DNA from: Candidatus Methanoperedenaceae archaeon
GTDB lineage: Archaea > Halobacteriota > Methanosarcinia > Methanosarcinales > Methanoperedenaceae
Assembly (NCBI GenBank): GCA_963753595.1
Contig: CAVWCX010000023.1
Span: forward strand, 32,001-96,000
Length of the DNA stretch: 64,000 nt
Reading direction: 5' to 3'
Position numbers and translations under genes: made by a program. Shown here in pieces: positions 9,231-19,563 of this stretch (position 1 is its first letter; every line of letters begins with the position of its first letter). The notes under the pieces were generated by a model that searched no databases, was not told the origin of the DNA, and saw nothing but the letters and a program-made list of their open reading frames with translations.

Positions 9231-10181
9231 TTACGCAATATTACTGATCTCCTGCCTCAATTCCCCCAGCGTTGATTTCCTTTCCGCGAACGCATTATGC
9301 CTGTGGATACTCTCCTCGTTTATTTGTTTTATCACAATAACAGAATCATCCGGCAGCTCAGGGAATTCCTTAACGATTTTCTGGGCCATGGTCCGCACGC
9401 AATCTTCTACGAATTTGGGATTCTTGTGCGCCCTTTCCACGATCATAACCTCATCAGCCCGCTTTAATAATTCAAACATCTGCGAACTCATGGAATTCTC
9501 AATGATATTGATGATCTTTTCAAGTGAGACAAAATGACTGTCATGGGTCTCTATTGAAATTATGCCCCGCCCTCTCTGGTTATGCGTGGGCATAGGCACA
9601 TTATTCAAGAATTTCTTAATGATATCGGATTCCACGCCAAGTGTCTTTAATTCCTTTCGTGCCTTATCGACCATTATTTCCTGGGCGCATGGACATGCGG
9701 TGATACCAAGGACTTCAGCGCCTACAAGTTTTCTTATTGCGAGTGTTTTACCACGTATCGCTTTTGCCTCGGCGAAAATATTCACTACTTCCTGGCAATT
9801 CAATTTTGTAGCAGGTGTTTCCCTTTTAAGGACATATTCACTTTTCATCCTCACTTCGGCGATCAAAGCATATTCGTGTCTGTCGATAAGCCTTTTTGCG
9901 ACTTCGCTGCATAAATCCTCTATTTCATAAACAGGAGATGCGATCATTTCTTCGAGGACTTCGTCTATTGCTTCGAAATTTCTTGAAAGATTTGCACCTT
10001 TCCTGTCAGAAGGAAGGTCAACAAAGATATCAAATGTAGATACAAGCACGATAGGGCGTTTATCTTTTCTTGCCACTTCTACAAGTTTCTTGACATCCGT
10101 TACCCCCACGCGAGTCAATGTTATAGCTATATCAGGCTGGTTCGCCTGTATGTCTGGTAGATGAACTACAGGAAGTTTCAT
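9231..10181 (-). CDS. mptA: GTP cyclohydrolase MptA (FolE2 family)
   Basis: [57 protein letters not shown]. Confidence 0.92.
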   Translation of the reverse strand: MKLPVVHLPDIQANQPDIAITLTRVGVTDVKKLVEVARKDKRPIVLVSTFDIFVDLPSDRKGANLSRNFEAIDEVLEEMIASPVYEIEDLCSEVAKRLIDRHEYALIAEVRMKSEYVLKRETPATKLNCQEVVNIFAEAKAIRGKTLAIRKLVGAEVLGITACPCAQEIMVDKARKELKTLGVESDIIKKFLNNVPMPTHNQRGRGIISIETHDSHFVSLEKIINIIENSMSSQMFELLKRADEVMIVERAHKNPKFVEDCVRTMAQKIVKEFPELPDDSVIVIKQINEESIHRHNAFAERKSTLGELRQEISNIA

Positions 10182-10372
10182 TATGATTATCTCCGAGTTA
10201 ATTAATTAAATAATTCTACACTCTTAACAAAGCACACTTACTATCTTGTATTATTAAATTATTGCTATTTGAGTTTTGAATTATCTTTTCCTGAAATAAT
10301 TTGAGTTTTGGATCTTAACGGCATCAAATTCTTTAAATACCCTTAACTATATTTTGTTTTCAGAGGGATACT

Positions 10373-11176
10373 ATCAAATTCAAATCAAATGACTTTACCC
10401 GGATATTGGCAATTGTAGCCGGAATTGCATTTATAATGATCTCAGTGGCCTATGGGCTCACTTATATTTTCCAGGCCGGTCACATCGTTTTTCCCTATGA
10501 GCCATATTATTTCTTATTCATATTCTCTATAGGGTTCGTGATTTTCACTGCATATTTTGAACGGGAGAAAAAAGCGGTCTATCCCAGGGAGCTTATAGGA
10601 GGCGCAATTGCGTCTGCATGTTTGACCTTCCTGATAATAGCGTGTCTGGCTGGAATGAAATATATATGGGAAAAGGGATTGTCAGGTATTGGTATCGAGA
10701 CTCTTGCCTATGCATTTTCCATATCCATGATACTGAGCCTTATTTTATATTTTGTCATAGGAAAAATAGAAGTTAAATTCGCCCCCGGGGATTTCAGGAA
10801 TGTACTTTCAATAGTCCTGGGGATCGCGGTTCTTATGATGATAACGGTGGTCTATGGCATAAATTATATTATTAAGATCAATCCATTTCCGGTCAAACCT
10901 TACGTTCTACTTTTCATATTCGCGATCCTTTTTGTCCTGGCTTCTGTTTTTTATAAAAAAAGAGGGGCATTATATCCCTGGTTCCTCCTCGGCGGTGCCG
11001 TGGCCTCAGCCTGTCTTGTTTTCATGATCACGGCGATCATTGGGGGATTGAGGTATGTATTGGAAAAAGGATTTACCGGCCTTGGTACTGATACTGTGTT
11101 CTATTCTTTGTCGATATGTATAATCCTGAGCATGATTTTATATAATCAGTATAATATTATAAAAGAAAAACTTTGA
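10373..11176 (+). CDS. Membrane protein of two tandem 4-TM repeats, probable ATC start
   Basis: Internal repeat PYYFLFIFSI..YPRELIGGAIASACL vs PYVLLFIFAI..YPWFLLGGAVASACL; N-terminal extension KFKSNDF matches KFAPGDF of repeat 2. Confidence 0.7.
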   Translation: MKFKSNDFTRILAIVAGIAFIMISVAYGLTYIFQAGHIVFPYEPYYFLFIFSIGFVIFTAYFEREKKAVYPRELIGGAIASACLTFLIIACLAGMKYIWEKGLSGIGIETLAYAFSISMILSLILYFVIGKIEVKFAPGDFRNVLSIVLGIAVLMMITVVYGINYIIKINPFPVKPYVLLFIFAILFVLASVFYKKRGALYPWFLLGGAVASACLVFMITAIIGGLRYVLEKGFTGLGTDTVFYSLSICIILSMILYNQYNIIKEKL

Positions 11177-11219
11177 AAGAGAAGAAAAGCAGAATAAAAG
11201 TGAAATCCAGGTTGAAAAA

Positions 11220-12959
11220 ATGGGAAAGATCCAGGTCTTAGATGAAGCGTCAATAAACAAGATCGCAGCAGGGGAAGTGATCGAACGCCCCGCTTCAGTT
11301 GTCAAGGAACTTATCGAAAATTCAATAGATGCCGACGCAGACACGATCAGGGTCGAGATCATAAAAAGCGGAAAAGGCGTGATCCGCATCACTGACAATG
11401 GCTGCGGGATGAGCAGGGAGGATGCTGCTCTGTCTTACGTGAAACACGCCACAAGCAAGATCAGGAAAATTGATGATATAGAAACAGTAAAAACAATGGG
11501 ATTCAGGGGTGAGGCGCTGTCTTCTATTTCTGCCATTGCTAATGTCGAGATCATCACAAAAACAAAAGATGAATTATCAGGTACAAAAGTGATAATACAG
11601 GGCGGGAACCTGTTAAGTATTGCAGGGACTGGAGCCTCAGATGGGACGACAATTGTAGTAAATGACATCTTCTATAATACACCTGTCAGGAAAAAATACC
11701 TGAAATCCGATACAGTTGAACTTACCCATATCACCGATATAGTTTCAAGGATAGCGCTTTCGCATAACAACATTTCTTTTTCTCTTTTCAACAATGGAAA
11801 AGAGTTGCTGCGCTCACCCGCCGCCGGACTTCATGATACGATCATTCACATATATGGGCAGGAAATCGCACGTGCAATGCTTCCGGTGGATCTTGAATCT
11901 GATATCGTGAAAATAACCGGTTTCATCTCAAGGCCTTCATTGATGCGAGGCAGTCTTGATTTCCAGTCCTTCTATATCAACGACAGGTTTATCAATTCAA
12001 GAGCGATCGGTTTTGCGCTTAGGGATGGTTACGGTACCCTTATGCCAAGAGGGCGTTTTCCGATCGCAGTATTAAAAATATTTGTTGATCCACGGGAAGT
12101 GGATGTGAATGTTCATCCCACCAAGAACCAGGTGCGTCTTGACCATGAGAGGGAAATTTGCGATCTGGTTACACAGGCTGTGAAGAATGCACTTTCACAG
12201 AAAGACCTTATTCCTGATATAAAAATACCAATGCAGCAGTCACAACTTTACGAAACTCCTGCTGCTGGGTCTTTCAGGGTAAAGGAGACTGCCACGGATT
12301 TCAGGACATCGGTAAAAGACACGGAAAGAAGATTGAGACGATCAGAAATAGCGGGCATGGAAATGGAGAATAAACAGACTGTTGAGATGCCTGATGTGAA
12401 GATACTGGGGCAGGTAGATAGTTTATATATTCTTGCAGAGACTAAGAACGGTTTGATGATCATAGACCAGCATGCGGCGCATGAGCGCGTATTTTTTGAA
12501 CTTGTCCGCGGATCTAAGAGGGATGATTCCCAGGAACTGATCGTTCCGATTAATCTTGAACTTGATCCGAGGGAGAGAGTATTGATCAAAGACACTATTC
12601 CCTTTCTTGAAGAATTCGGATTCCGGATATCTGAATTCGGGCCTGATTCATTTGCAGTAACCGCTGTCCCCATTGTCCTGGGTAAGCTCGAAGATCCCCG
12701 GATGGTGCATGATATAATATCTGATATTCTTTCTGAAGGAAAAATAAAAGAAGAAACCGGGATATTTGAGCGGGTGACCAAAAGCATCGCATGCAGAAGC
12801 GCGGTCAAGGCCGGAGCTGATTGTTCTTCCTCGCAGATGGAAAGCCTGATAAAGCAGCTTTTTATGACACAGAATCCTTATACCTGCCCGCATGGAAGGC
12901 CAACGATGGTATCTTTTAACAGGCAGGAACTTGATAAGCTGTTCAGGAGAACACCATGA
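11220..12959 (+). CDS. mutL: DNA mismatch repair endonuclease MutL
   Basis: IAAGEVIERPASVVKELIENSIDA, GFRGEAL, DVNVHPTK, DQHAAHER, ACRSA, CPHGRP. Confidence 0.97.
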   Translation: MGKIQVLDEASINKIAAGEVIERPASVVKELIENSIDADADTIRVEIIKSGKGVIRITDNGCGMSREDAALSYVKHATSKIRKIDDIETVKTMGFRGEALSSISAIANVEIITKTKDELSGTKVIIQGGNLLSIAGTGASDGTTIVVNDIFYNTPVRKKYLKSDTVELTHITDIVSRIALSHNNISFSLFNNGKELLRSPAAGLHDTIIHIYGQEIARAMLPVDLESDIVKITGFISRPSLMRGSLDFQSFYINDRFINSRAIGFALRDGYGTLMPRGRFPIAVLKIFVDPREVDVNVHPTKNQVRLDHEREICDLVTQAVKNALSQKDLIPDIKIPMQQSQLYETPAAGSFRVKETATDFRTSVKDTERRLRRSEIAGMEMENKQTVEMPDVKILGQVDSLYILAETKNGLMIIDQHAAHERVFFELVRGSKRDDSQELIVPINLELDPRERVLIKDTIPFLEEFGFRISEFGPDSFAVTAVPIVLGKLEDPRMVHDIISDILSEGKIKEETGIFERVTKSIACRSAVKAGADCSSSQMESLIKQLFMTQNPYTCPHGRPTMVSFNRQELDKLFRRTP

Positions 12960-13546
12960 CAGAATGTTTCTTCTGCGATAAGCCTGCCCGGAAAACGTAT
13001 AAATATTACACCCTGGATATCTGCCATGGATGTTACCTCAAGCTAAAATTAAAAAAACTTGAGAATATATCTCTTCCCGATGATACATATTTGAAATCAC
13101 TGGTTGATAGTAAAGAACAGTGCTATGTAGATGCGTTGGATCACTTCGCCACATTTTTCCCAAAATCCCTTTCAGAAGACCTGCTTGGGATGATCCCTTT
13201 CTGTTCAGATGAGGATGGCGCGCTCGATCCTTTATTCGCAAATTCTATGATAATTGCAGCGCGCTCGATATTGCTTTTTGGGAATGGTGTTAAATTGAAA
13301 AAAAATCCGGGTGAAATTCATGCGCTGCACGCCCTTGGAAATCTTGTAGGTATTTCTATTATAGGGAACCTGACAAATTCCCAGAAGAATGCAAATGTTG
13401 ATGAAGAGTCAACCATATCTGTTATTTCTGAAAAAATTGACAGGACTATGATCGATATCTTAAAAGATATCGAAAAAAATGATGGGTATTTGCATGACCT
13501 TATTGCGGATACTATTGAAATAATAAAATTCAAGGGTGATTCATGA
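12956..13546 (+). CDS. Hypothetical protein with N-terminal CxxC...CxxC
   Basis: CFFC...CHGC; ATGA overlaps with both mutL and cgi121. Confidence 0.6.
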   Translation: MTECFFCDKPARKTYKYYTLDICHGCYLKLKLKKLENISLPDDTYLKSLVDSKEQCYVDALDHFATFFPKSLSEDLLGMIPFCSDEDGALDPLFANSMIIAARSILLFGNGVKLKKNPGEIHALHALGNLVGISIIGNLTNSQKNANVDEESTISVISEKIDRTMIDILKDIEKNDGYLHDLIADTIEIIKFKGDS

Positions 13547-14031
13547 TCCATATCCTTGAAGGCACAATATTTATCGAGGATATTGAGATTTTCCTTACAA
13601 AAATCAAAGAAATTAGGAAAGGAAAAGATCTGGCTATCCTGGCGCTTGATGCTGATAAACTGGCCGGTAAAGAGCATCTTGTGTTCGCTATCGAAAAAGC
13701 AATGAATTCATTCAAAACAGGCAGGAATATCGCAAACGACCTCGGGAAAGAAATAATGCTTTATGCAGCAGGCACGCGCCAGATAAACCGCGCTATGAAA
13801 ATCGGTGTGCATAACGGAAAGAACAATATTGTGCTTGTGGCTATCGGTGAGGAGATTGATCTATCTGTGTTTGATGTTATGCCGAAGGATGTTCTGCAAT
13901 ATGAGGGATCAAAGAACAGGGCTTTGATGGACATTTTCAATATTACTGATGAAGAGATCAAAGCTGCTGGTGTTGATAAGATCCCTGAGCTTGTCCTGGA
14001 AAGGGTTGCGCTTGTGGATGTTTTGAAATAG
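13543..14031 (+). CDS. cgi121: KEOPS complex subunit Cgi121
   Basis: HLVFAIEKA, NIANDLGKEIMLYAAGTRQINRAMKIGV, LVLERVAL. Confidence 0.9.
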   Translation: MIHILEGTIFIEDIEIFLTKIKEIRKGKDLAILALDADKLAGKEHLVFAIEKAMNSFKTGRNIANDLGKEIMLYAAGTRQINRAMKIGVHNGKNNIVLVAIGEEIDLSVFDVMPKDVLQYEGSKNRALMDIFNITDEEIKAAGVDKIPELVLERVALVDVLK

Positions 14032-14068
14032 ACATGTTCCTGATGAAAGAATGGAATAACTAACAAGT

Positions 14069-14112
14069 ACGAAATGATACGAACTCACGCGCTGGAGTTC
14101 GTTTGTGTTCGT
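14069..14112. repeat. REP-like palindrome at the left edge of the AT-rich island
   Basis: ACGAA..ACGAACTC-N8-GAGTTCGT..TTCGT. Confidence 0.55.
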
Positions 14113-14348
14113 TGTTGATATCCATTACGATTTTAAAATACTTGATTTCTACCCTGAAAACAATATGGTTCTGTACAATTCTGTATTGTTTTCCTTAAGT
14201 TTAAATAAGACTGTTTTAAATCAAGTTAATCTAAGGTGAATCCTTGATAACACTGAGTTGGCTATCGATTGCAAAAACAATAAAATCGTCATGTCAAAAA
14301 ATTAAGATTAATCGAACAAAAAAAAGGACATAAAATTAGGCTCTAAGT

Positions 14349-14954
14349 ATGACTTCTATCCACATCTATCTTGATGAAAGCGGTGATCTTGGTTTTAATC
14401 CAACTTCATCAAAACATATTGTAATAGCCTTGCTCATTACAAAACCCCCTCTAAATATCGGAAGGTGTATTAAGAAGATCAGGCAGAGAAAGCTAAAAAA
14501 GAAACTCAAGGAACTGCCAGAAATCAAGTTTAACAAATCCGATGATCATATCAGAGATCTAACCCTTAAATGCATAGCAAAAGAGCCTATCGAAATCGCT
14601 TATATCGTCCTGGATAAAAATAAAGTGAATCCTGCAAGGCACAACCATAAACATGCGATTTATAACTTTATTACTGGTTATCTCATGTGTTGTTTACCAT
14701 TTGAGAATACGATTCATTCAAAATTGATCGTAGATAAGAGGATCGCAAAAAAGGTACTCAGAGCCGACTTTGACCAATATGTTAAACAAAAAGCAGCCTT
14801 CAAAGTGGATATAACCCATGAGAATTCAATGTATAATCAATGCCTGCAAGCCACTGATTTTATCGCGGGCGCGATTTTTCAGAAATACGAATTCGGAGAC
14901 AACAAGTTTTACGACATAATCAAGGATCGTATTAAGGTCTCTAAGCAGTTATGA
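14349..14954 (+). CDS. DUF3800 domain protein
   Basis: IYLDESGDLG, ELPEIKF, LIVDKR, CLQATDFIAGAI (DExG...QxxD signature). Confidence 0.85.
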   Translation: MTSIHIYLDESGDLGFNPTSSKHIVIALLITKPPLNIGRCIKKIRQRKLKKKLKELPEIKFNKSDDHIRDLTLKCIAKEPIEIAYIVLDKNKVNPARHNHKHAIYNFITGYLMCCLPFENTIHSKLIVDKRIAKKVLRADFDQYVKQKAAFKVDITHENSMYNQCLQATDFIAGAIFQKYEFGDNKFYDIIKDRIKVSKQL

Positions 14955-14960
14955 TAAAAA

Positions 14961-15043
14961 AATGAGTGTGAGCGAACCCTGTGTACTTGGAATCCATGCA
15001 CCTCAAGATGCATAACTATTTCCACAGGACTTACTCGCTTATT
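14961..15043 (+). ncRNA. Candidate DUF3800-associated hairpin RNA
   Basis: Nested stems AAUGAGUG/CGCUUAUU, CCUGUG/CACAGG, GGAAU/AUUUC, AUGCA/UGCAU starting 7 nt after the stop. Confidence 0.55.
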
Positions 15044-15382
15044 CAATAGTTGGTTGTTGGTTAATTTATAGTTTACGCCCGCTTTTGGCTTGCCTTCAGT
15101 AATTTAACTTGCCTACTGCTAATAATGGGATCAGGGGGGTAAGGGGGCTTAGAATTCTACTATAGAATTATTATTTTCACATTCTCTTGACATCTGGTCA
15201 TCCCTATGATCCAGAGCGATCCTAAGGTTATCCCTTTCAGTCCTAATTTAGTTTACATTAGGAGTAAATAGTAATTGCCCTTGATCCAGATCCTTCCGGA
15301 GCGACCCCGGACCAACTCGACCTCTGGATATCCCACGATCCAAAGCTATTCCAGGTTATTCTCTCAACCTCTGGTTAACGAT

Positions 15383-16390
15383 TTATTGTGGTTGCTCTAA
15401 TTTAATATCCATTAATTTATTATATATTCTATACCATTTCCAATTCATTGCAAAGATAGAAGCTATTAAACCAATGGCGAGAGGAGTCAATGAAAATATC
15501 AACCTGAGACCGATAGTTACGCCAAGGTTTGTAAAGATAAAACCTGTGTAGAGACCGTATAAGGAAAGGCATAATGCTACAACAGCAATTGTCATTACTA
15601 TGAACGAATGAAGAGTTTGGATATTGAATTTTGCAATATCTTTAGACCGCTCCAGGTTTTCTGGACCTCTAATGCCTCTTATATTGTTGCAATCGAATAG
15701 TCTTTTTGATAGACCTTCTAATGTAATAAGAGAATAAAAATAATAAAATGTGAAACCGCTTGCAATGAGTAAGGGAACTGATATTACAAGAAATTCTAAG
15801 CTTATTTCAAGATACAATGCTACCCAAAGGAAAAAAATTACCATCAATCCAAGGCTCAGAAGAAATTTCCACATTTTAGAATCGGATAAGCTCTTTTTAA
15901 TACTTTCAACCTCCTTTTTTGCATTTCGTAATAAAACTATTAATCCATCTGTTTCTTTAGTAATATTGTACTTAATTGCCTATTTAACTTTCGGTTGATA
16001 TACTTTATCAATTTTCAGGTAATCCAGCAAATTATATGATCTTCTGTCTTTAATCTGGTCATTAATAAATTCTATTTTATAATAAGCACTGTCGGTTTCT
16101 TGAAATTCTTTTGGATTTAATCCTTTACTAATCCCCATACGCCATACGGAGTTTTTAAACCTTGGAATAGGGAAATAAGTACCAGAGGAGTTATTATTTT
16201 CTTGTAATATTTTATTCACAATATTATCCGCATGGTTCAGGTTATATTCAATCTCGCTTAATAAAGCGTCTAATATGCTCCCTATCTCTTTTTTTTGTGT
16301 TAACCATATGGTAAAATAGGCACCAAGATAGGCTGCTAAAAGAGCCACTACAGCTCCAGAAATAAAATCTATTACCGATGAATCGCCCAT
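15383..16390 (-). pseudogene. Membrane protein interrupted by one in-frame TAG (15980-15982)
   Basis: ORFs 15980-16390 and 15383-15874 share a frame and the 35 codons between them are stop-free. Confidence 0.6.
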
Positions 16391-16448
16391 TTATTATCCT
16401 ACCAGCAGCCCTTATTTTTTCTTCTTCGATGGCTTTTCAGCCACTATA

Positions 16449-16604
16449 TCAAGCCTTTTCTATGATTATTTTGCCGTTTTCCTCGATGAAAATAATCTTA
16501 TCGCCAATATCGGCTTTTAATTTCTCTGCTACTTCTTTTAAAAGGCTTATTTTCCATCCGACTGCAACCTTTGTCATTCCTATAAGCTGTCTTTCTTTTT
16601 GCAT
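16449..16604 (-). CDS. Small AbrB/MazE/SpoVT-like DNA-binding protein (51 aa, absent from the ORF track)
   Basis: MQKERQLIGMTKVAVGWKISLLKEVAEKLKADIGDKIIFIEENGKIIIEKA fits the swapped-hairpin pattern. Confidence 0.7.
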   Translation of the reverse strand: MQKERQLIGMTKVAVGWKISLLKEVAEKLKADIGDKIIFIEENGKIIIEKA

Positions 16605-16668
16605 AATTACACATTTAAGTTAAATGTGTGAAAAGTATTAATAGTATTGGTGTTAATATACTCTATTG

Positions 16669-16689
16669 TGTGAATAGGGTATATTCACA
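16669..16689. promoter_or_regulatory. Operator-like inverted repeat between divergent regulators
   Basis: TGTGAATA-N5-TATTCACA, perfect 8-bp arms. Confidence 0.5.
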
Positions 16690-16763
16690 TAAAAAGAAAT
16701 TCCTAGTCTGATAAAATCTGAGAGCCAGAAATTGTAAGCGTCAGCGCCCTAAAGGATGAGAAA

Positions 16764-16995
16764 ATGAGTATCGATATTAAGATAGGAAAACCAAAGCATA
16801 TTATCCAGGTATATACCTTATCACTTTATAAATTTATCAAGAAATATCAAGGGGTATCAATATCAGATATTTGTAATATTTCCCTCAAAAAAAAAGGAAT
16901 CGGTAAAGCCTATTTTATCTCGATTAAAGAATTACGGATTTATCATAAACTCTAAAGGTAATTGGTATCCAACATCCAAAGAACCCATACCGTAA
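16764..16995 (+). pseudogene. Winged-helix protein with a frameshift in an A9 run
   Basis: Removing one A at 16887-16895 gives LYKFIKKYQGVSISDICNISLKKKESVKPILSRLKNYGFIINSKGNWY. Confidence 0.55.
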
Positions 16996-17140
16996 CGGTA
17001 ATGAAAAATGTAGACAATTTTGGGAGATTGAACTAAAGCGAAAACAAATAACTGAAATGATGCCTCGCATACCGAAAATAAATTATAACTTATTAAATTT
17101 TAATGTAATTAAAAAGATTCCGTATTTTTTTCCCATACCC

Positions 17141-18352
17141 TCACTCAGCCCTCAGCGCCTCCACAGGGTCAAGCCTGGCTGCTTTATTTGCAGGATAAAC
17201 TCCTGCGACCACTGTAGTAACAATTGCAAATATGAGCCCTGCCGCAAGCGAAGTCCAGCTGACAGCTATCGGAAAACCACCCAATGTTGATATTAAAAAA
17301 GATAATCCTGCTCCGATAGTTATGCCGATCAGGCCGCTCACGGCCCCTAAAAGCCCGGACTCAAGAAGAAAAAGTACCCGGATATTGTCACGGGTCGCGC
17401 CAACGGCTTTCATGACACCGATCTCTTTTATACGTTCGGTAACGGTAAGCATCATTACGTTCACGATCCCGATCCCCCCTACTGCAAGCGAAACTGCCCC
17501 GATCCCGCCGAGGCCGTATTTTAGTATTTTAAAGAATTGGGTAAATGATTCAAGAAGAGACTTCATGATATTGACAGTATAACCTTCGTCTTTATGCAGC
17601 CTCCTCAGGTTGTCGTCAATTTTTTTGGCTGTAATTTCTATGGTATTCTGGTCTTCGGCCTCCACAAGTATCATGGAATACGAATATTTTTTCAAATCGA
17701 GCAGTTCCTTCATTGCCTGGTGACTGGTGTACATCTCCATGTTCATGTTGCCCACGAATGGGGATGTTTGTTCAGTCTCCTTAAAAATCCCGACTATTGT
17801 AAATTCCTTGCTAATATCCTTATCCTTGTTAACAAGGGTCAAACGCATCCCCGGATTCAAAGGGAATTTGAACATCTTGTTGGCAATATCACTCCCTATG
17901 ACTATTGCGCTTTTATCAGAATCAAGAAGAAAGCGTCCCATATCTATTGAACCTGATAGGTCCTCCTCTTTGGAGGGCGATATCGCGTTTAATGAGAATG
18001 AACGCTCCTCATCACGAAATATTATGGATACCCCGCTTCCACGCCTTGGTAATACGGTTTTTACGCCTATTGTATTCTCAAGTGCATGAATGTCCTTATC
18101 ATCAAACTCGGCAGGTTTTTGATATACGAGTTTACCTGCTTCAAATCCTGCCCCTCCGGGAAATATTGTTATTACATCCAGGTCCAGGCCGCTAAACACC
18201 TGCCCCACACCCTCCTGTATACCTTCGCCCACAGAAAGCATGACAACAATGGCTATAACCCCAATTATAATTCCAAGGCAAGACATGATAGTCTTGAATT
18301 TGTTGCTGCGGAAGCTCAGGAAAACCTGGTCCAGGGCATCTATCAGCTTCAT
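17141..18352 (-). CDS. ABC transporter permease, MacB/FtsX family
   Basis: LGIIIGV, VGGIGIVNVMMLTVTERIKEIGVMKAVGA, YPANKAARLDPVEALR. Confidence 0.92.
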   Translation of the reverse strand: MKLIDALDQVFLSFRSNKFKTIMSCLGIIIGVIAIVVMLSVGEGIQEGVGQVFSGLDLDVITIFPGGAGFEAGKLVYQKPAEFDDKDIHALENTIGVKTVLPRRGSGVSIIFRDEERSFSLNAISPSKEEDLSGSIDMGRFLLDSDKSAIVIGSDIANKMFKFPLNPGMRLTLVNKDKDISKEFTIVGIFKETEQTSPFVGNMNMEMYTSHQAMKELLDLKKYSYSMILVEAEDQNTIEITAKKIDDNLRRLHKDEGYTVNIMKSLLESFTQFFKILKYGLGGIGAVSLAVGGIGIVNVMMLTVTERIKEIGVMKAVGATRDNIRVLFLLESGLLGAVSGLIGITIGAGLSFLISTLGGFPIAVSWTSLAAGLIFAIVTTVVAGVYPANKAARLDPVEALRAE

Positions 18353-19563
18353 TCAGATTTAGCTCTCCTTCGCCTCATAATTATAAATACCCCGGAAATA
18401 AGGATAACCACAGCCCCGATAATAATTATTACGGGAAGCAAAGATGGTTTTTCGGTATTTCCTGCAGGAAGTGCGCCTGAACTGTTAAGTTTCACGACCA
18501 GTGGCTCTGATTCATGCCAGTTGTTCCCGTTCTTGAACCTGATCTTAAAGCCGATATTTTCATTATTATTCGCTTTCAAGTCGAACTTGACCGTAAAAAG
18601 TTCATCAGGTTCCATTGTGCCTATGAAATATTCCGAAGGTTCAAATGTCGCATTGCCTTCGGGAATAACAGTTGCAGCATTGACAGAATTAGGCCTGTTA
18701 TTTGCCACGCTCAGGATAACACCGCCCGGATTCAATTTCGGTGTCTCGGAAAGAGTGCTCTGGATAGAGGAAGAATCCACTATTACCGGTATTTTCAGGT
18801 TAAGGCTGTATAGCCGTGCGGCTCCCTTTAAATTGAAATCAAGGAAATATGTGCCGTCTGGCGTATTGTTCCTGACCATTATCGAAAAAGGGAAGTCTAT
18901 TGAATCTCCAGGTCCGATGATCCCGGCATTGTAATATGGTTCACCGGTCACGTCTATGAATTCATTCCCGACAAGCTGCGCCGATTGGATATGGGCGTTC
19001 ATGCTGTAATCCTTATTGTCCATTTTGATGGTATATTGGGTTGCGCTGTTCCTGAGGGTCAGCGTCACAGTTGCGCTATCACCTGACATCAGGATTTCAG
19101 GATACGATGTGGTTTTTTCAAGCTTTACCGTCCCTCTTGCGTCCACGACATCGCTTCCGACCTCGACATCAAATTCCCTTTTTGTGAACCCATTTTCCAG
19201 TATCCTGTATCCGATCTCAAGAGTGTTCGTGCCTATAAAGGCATTCTTATCAACATGCAAGGTATATTTATACACGAAATCATCATTTTTCCGGATAGTC
19301 CCGGGAGTTCTTATGGCGCTTTCGCCTGGTTTTATTGAGAACGGATACTTCGGCAGGAACTCAATAGTGGCTCCACTCACATCATTTTCGCCCACATTCT
19401 TGACCTGAACCCAGATGTTGAAATCCGTATCCGGATTAACAGGATAAGGATCGTATTTTACGAGGTTTAACTTAAGTGAGTTTTCACCGATATTAGCTTG
19501 TGAAACCCCTGCAAAAAATATTATAATGAATATTGCCAGTACTGGCCTAATTTTGTCGAACAT
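18349..19563 (-). CDS. COG1361 S-layer-like Ig-domain membrane-anchored protein
   Basis: Signal peptide, YDPYPVNP, YFIGTMEPDELFTVKF, C-terminal TM plus RRRR. Confidence 0.75.
   Translation of the reverse strand: MFDKIRPVLAIFIIIFFAGVSQANIGENSLKLNLVKYDPYPVNPDTDFNIWVQVKNVGENDVSGATIEFLPKYPFSIKPGESAIRTPGTIRKNDDFVYKYTLHVDKNAFIGTNTLEIGYRILENGFTKREFDVEVGSDVVDARGTVKLEKTTSYPEILMSGDSATVTLTLRNSATQYTIKMDNKDYSMNAHIQSAQLVGNEFIDVTGEPYYNAGIIGPGDSIDFPFSIMVRNNTPDGTYFLDFNLKGAARLYSLNLKIPVIVDSSSIQSTLSETPKLNPGGVILSVANNRPNSVNAATVIPEGNATFEPSEYFIGTMEPDELFTVKFDLKANNNENIGFKIRFKNGNNWHESEPLVVKLNSSGALPAGNTEKPSLLPVIIIIGAVVILISGVFIIMRRRRAKSE

Larger units (their letters stand above)
14120..17100. mobile_element. AT-rich accessory island, possibly a plasmid/virus remnant (boundaries approximate)
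   Basis: Low GC, DUF3800, AbrB-like and wHTH regulators, interrupted ORFs, iteron-like repeats; no integrase or att site seen. Confidence 0.45.
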
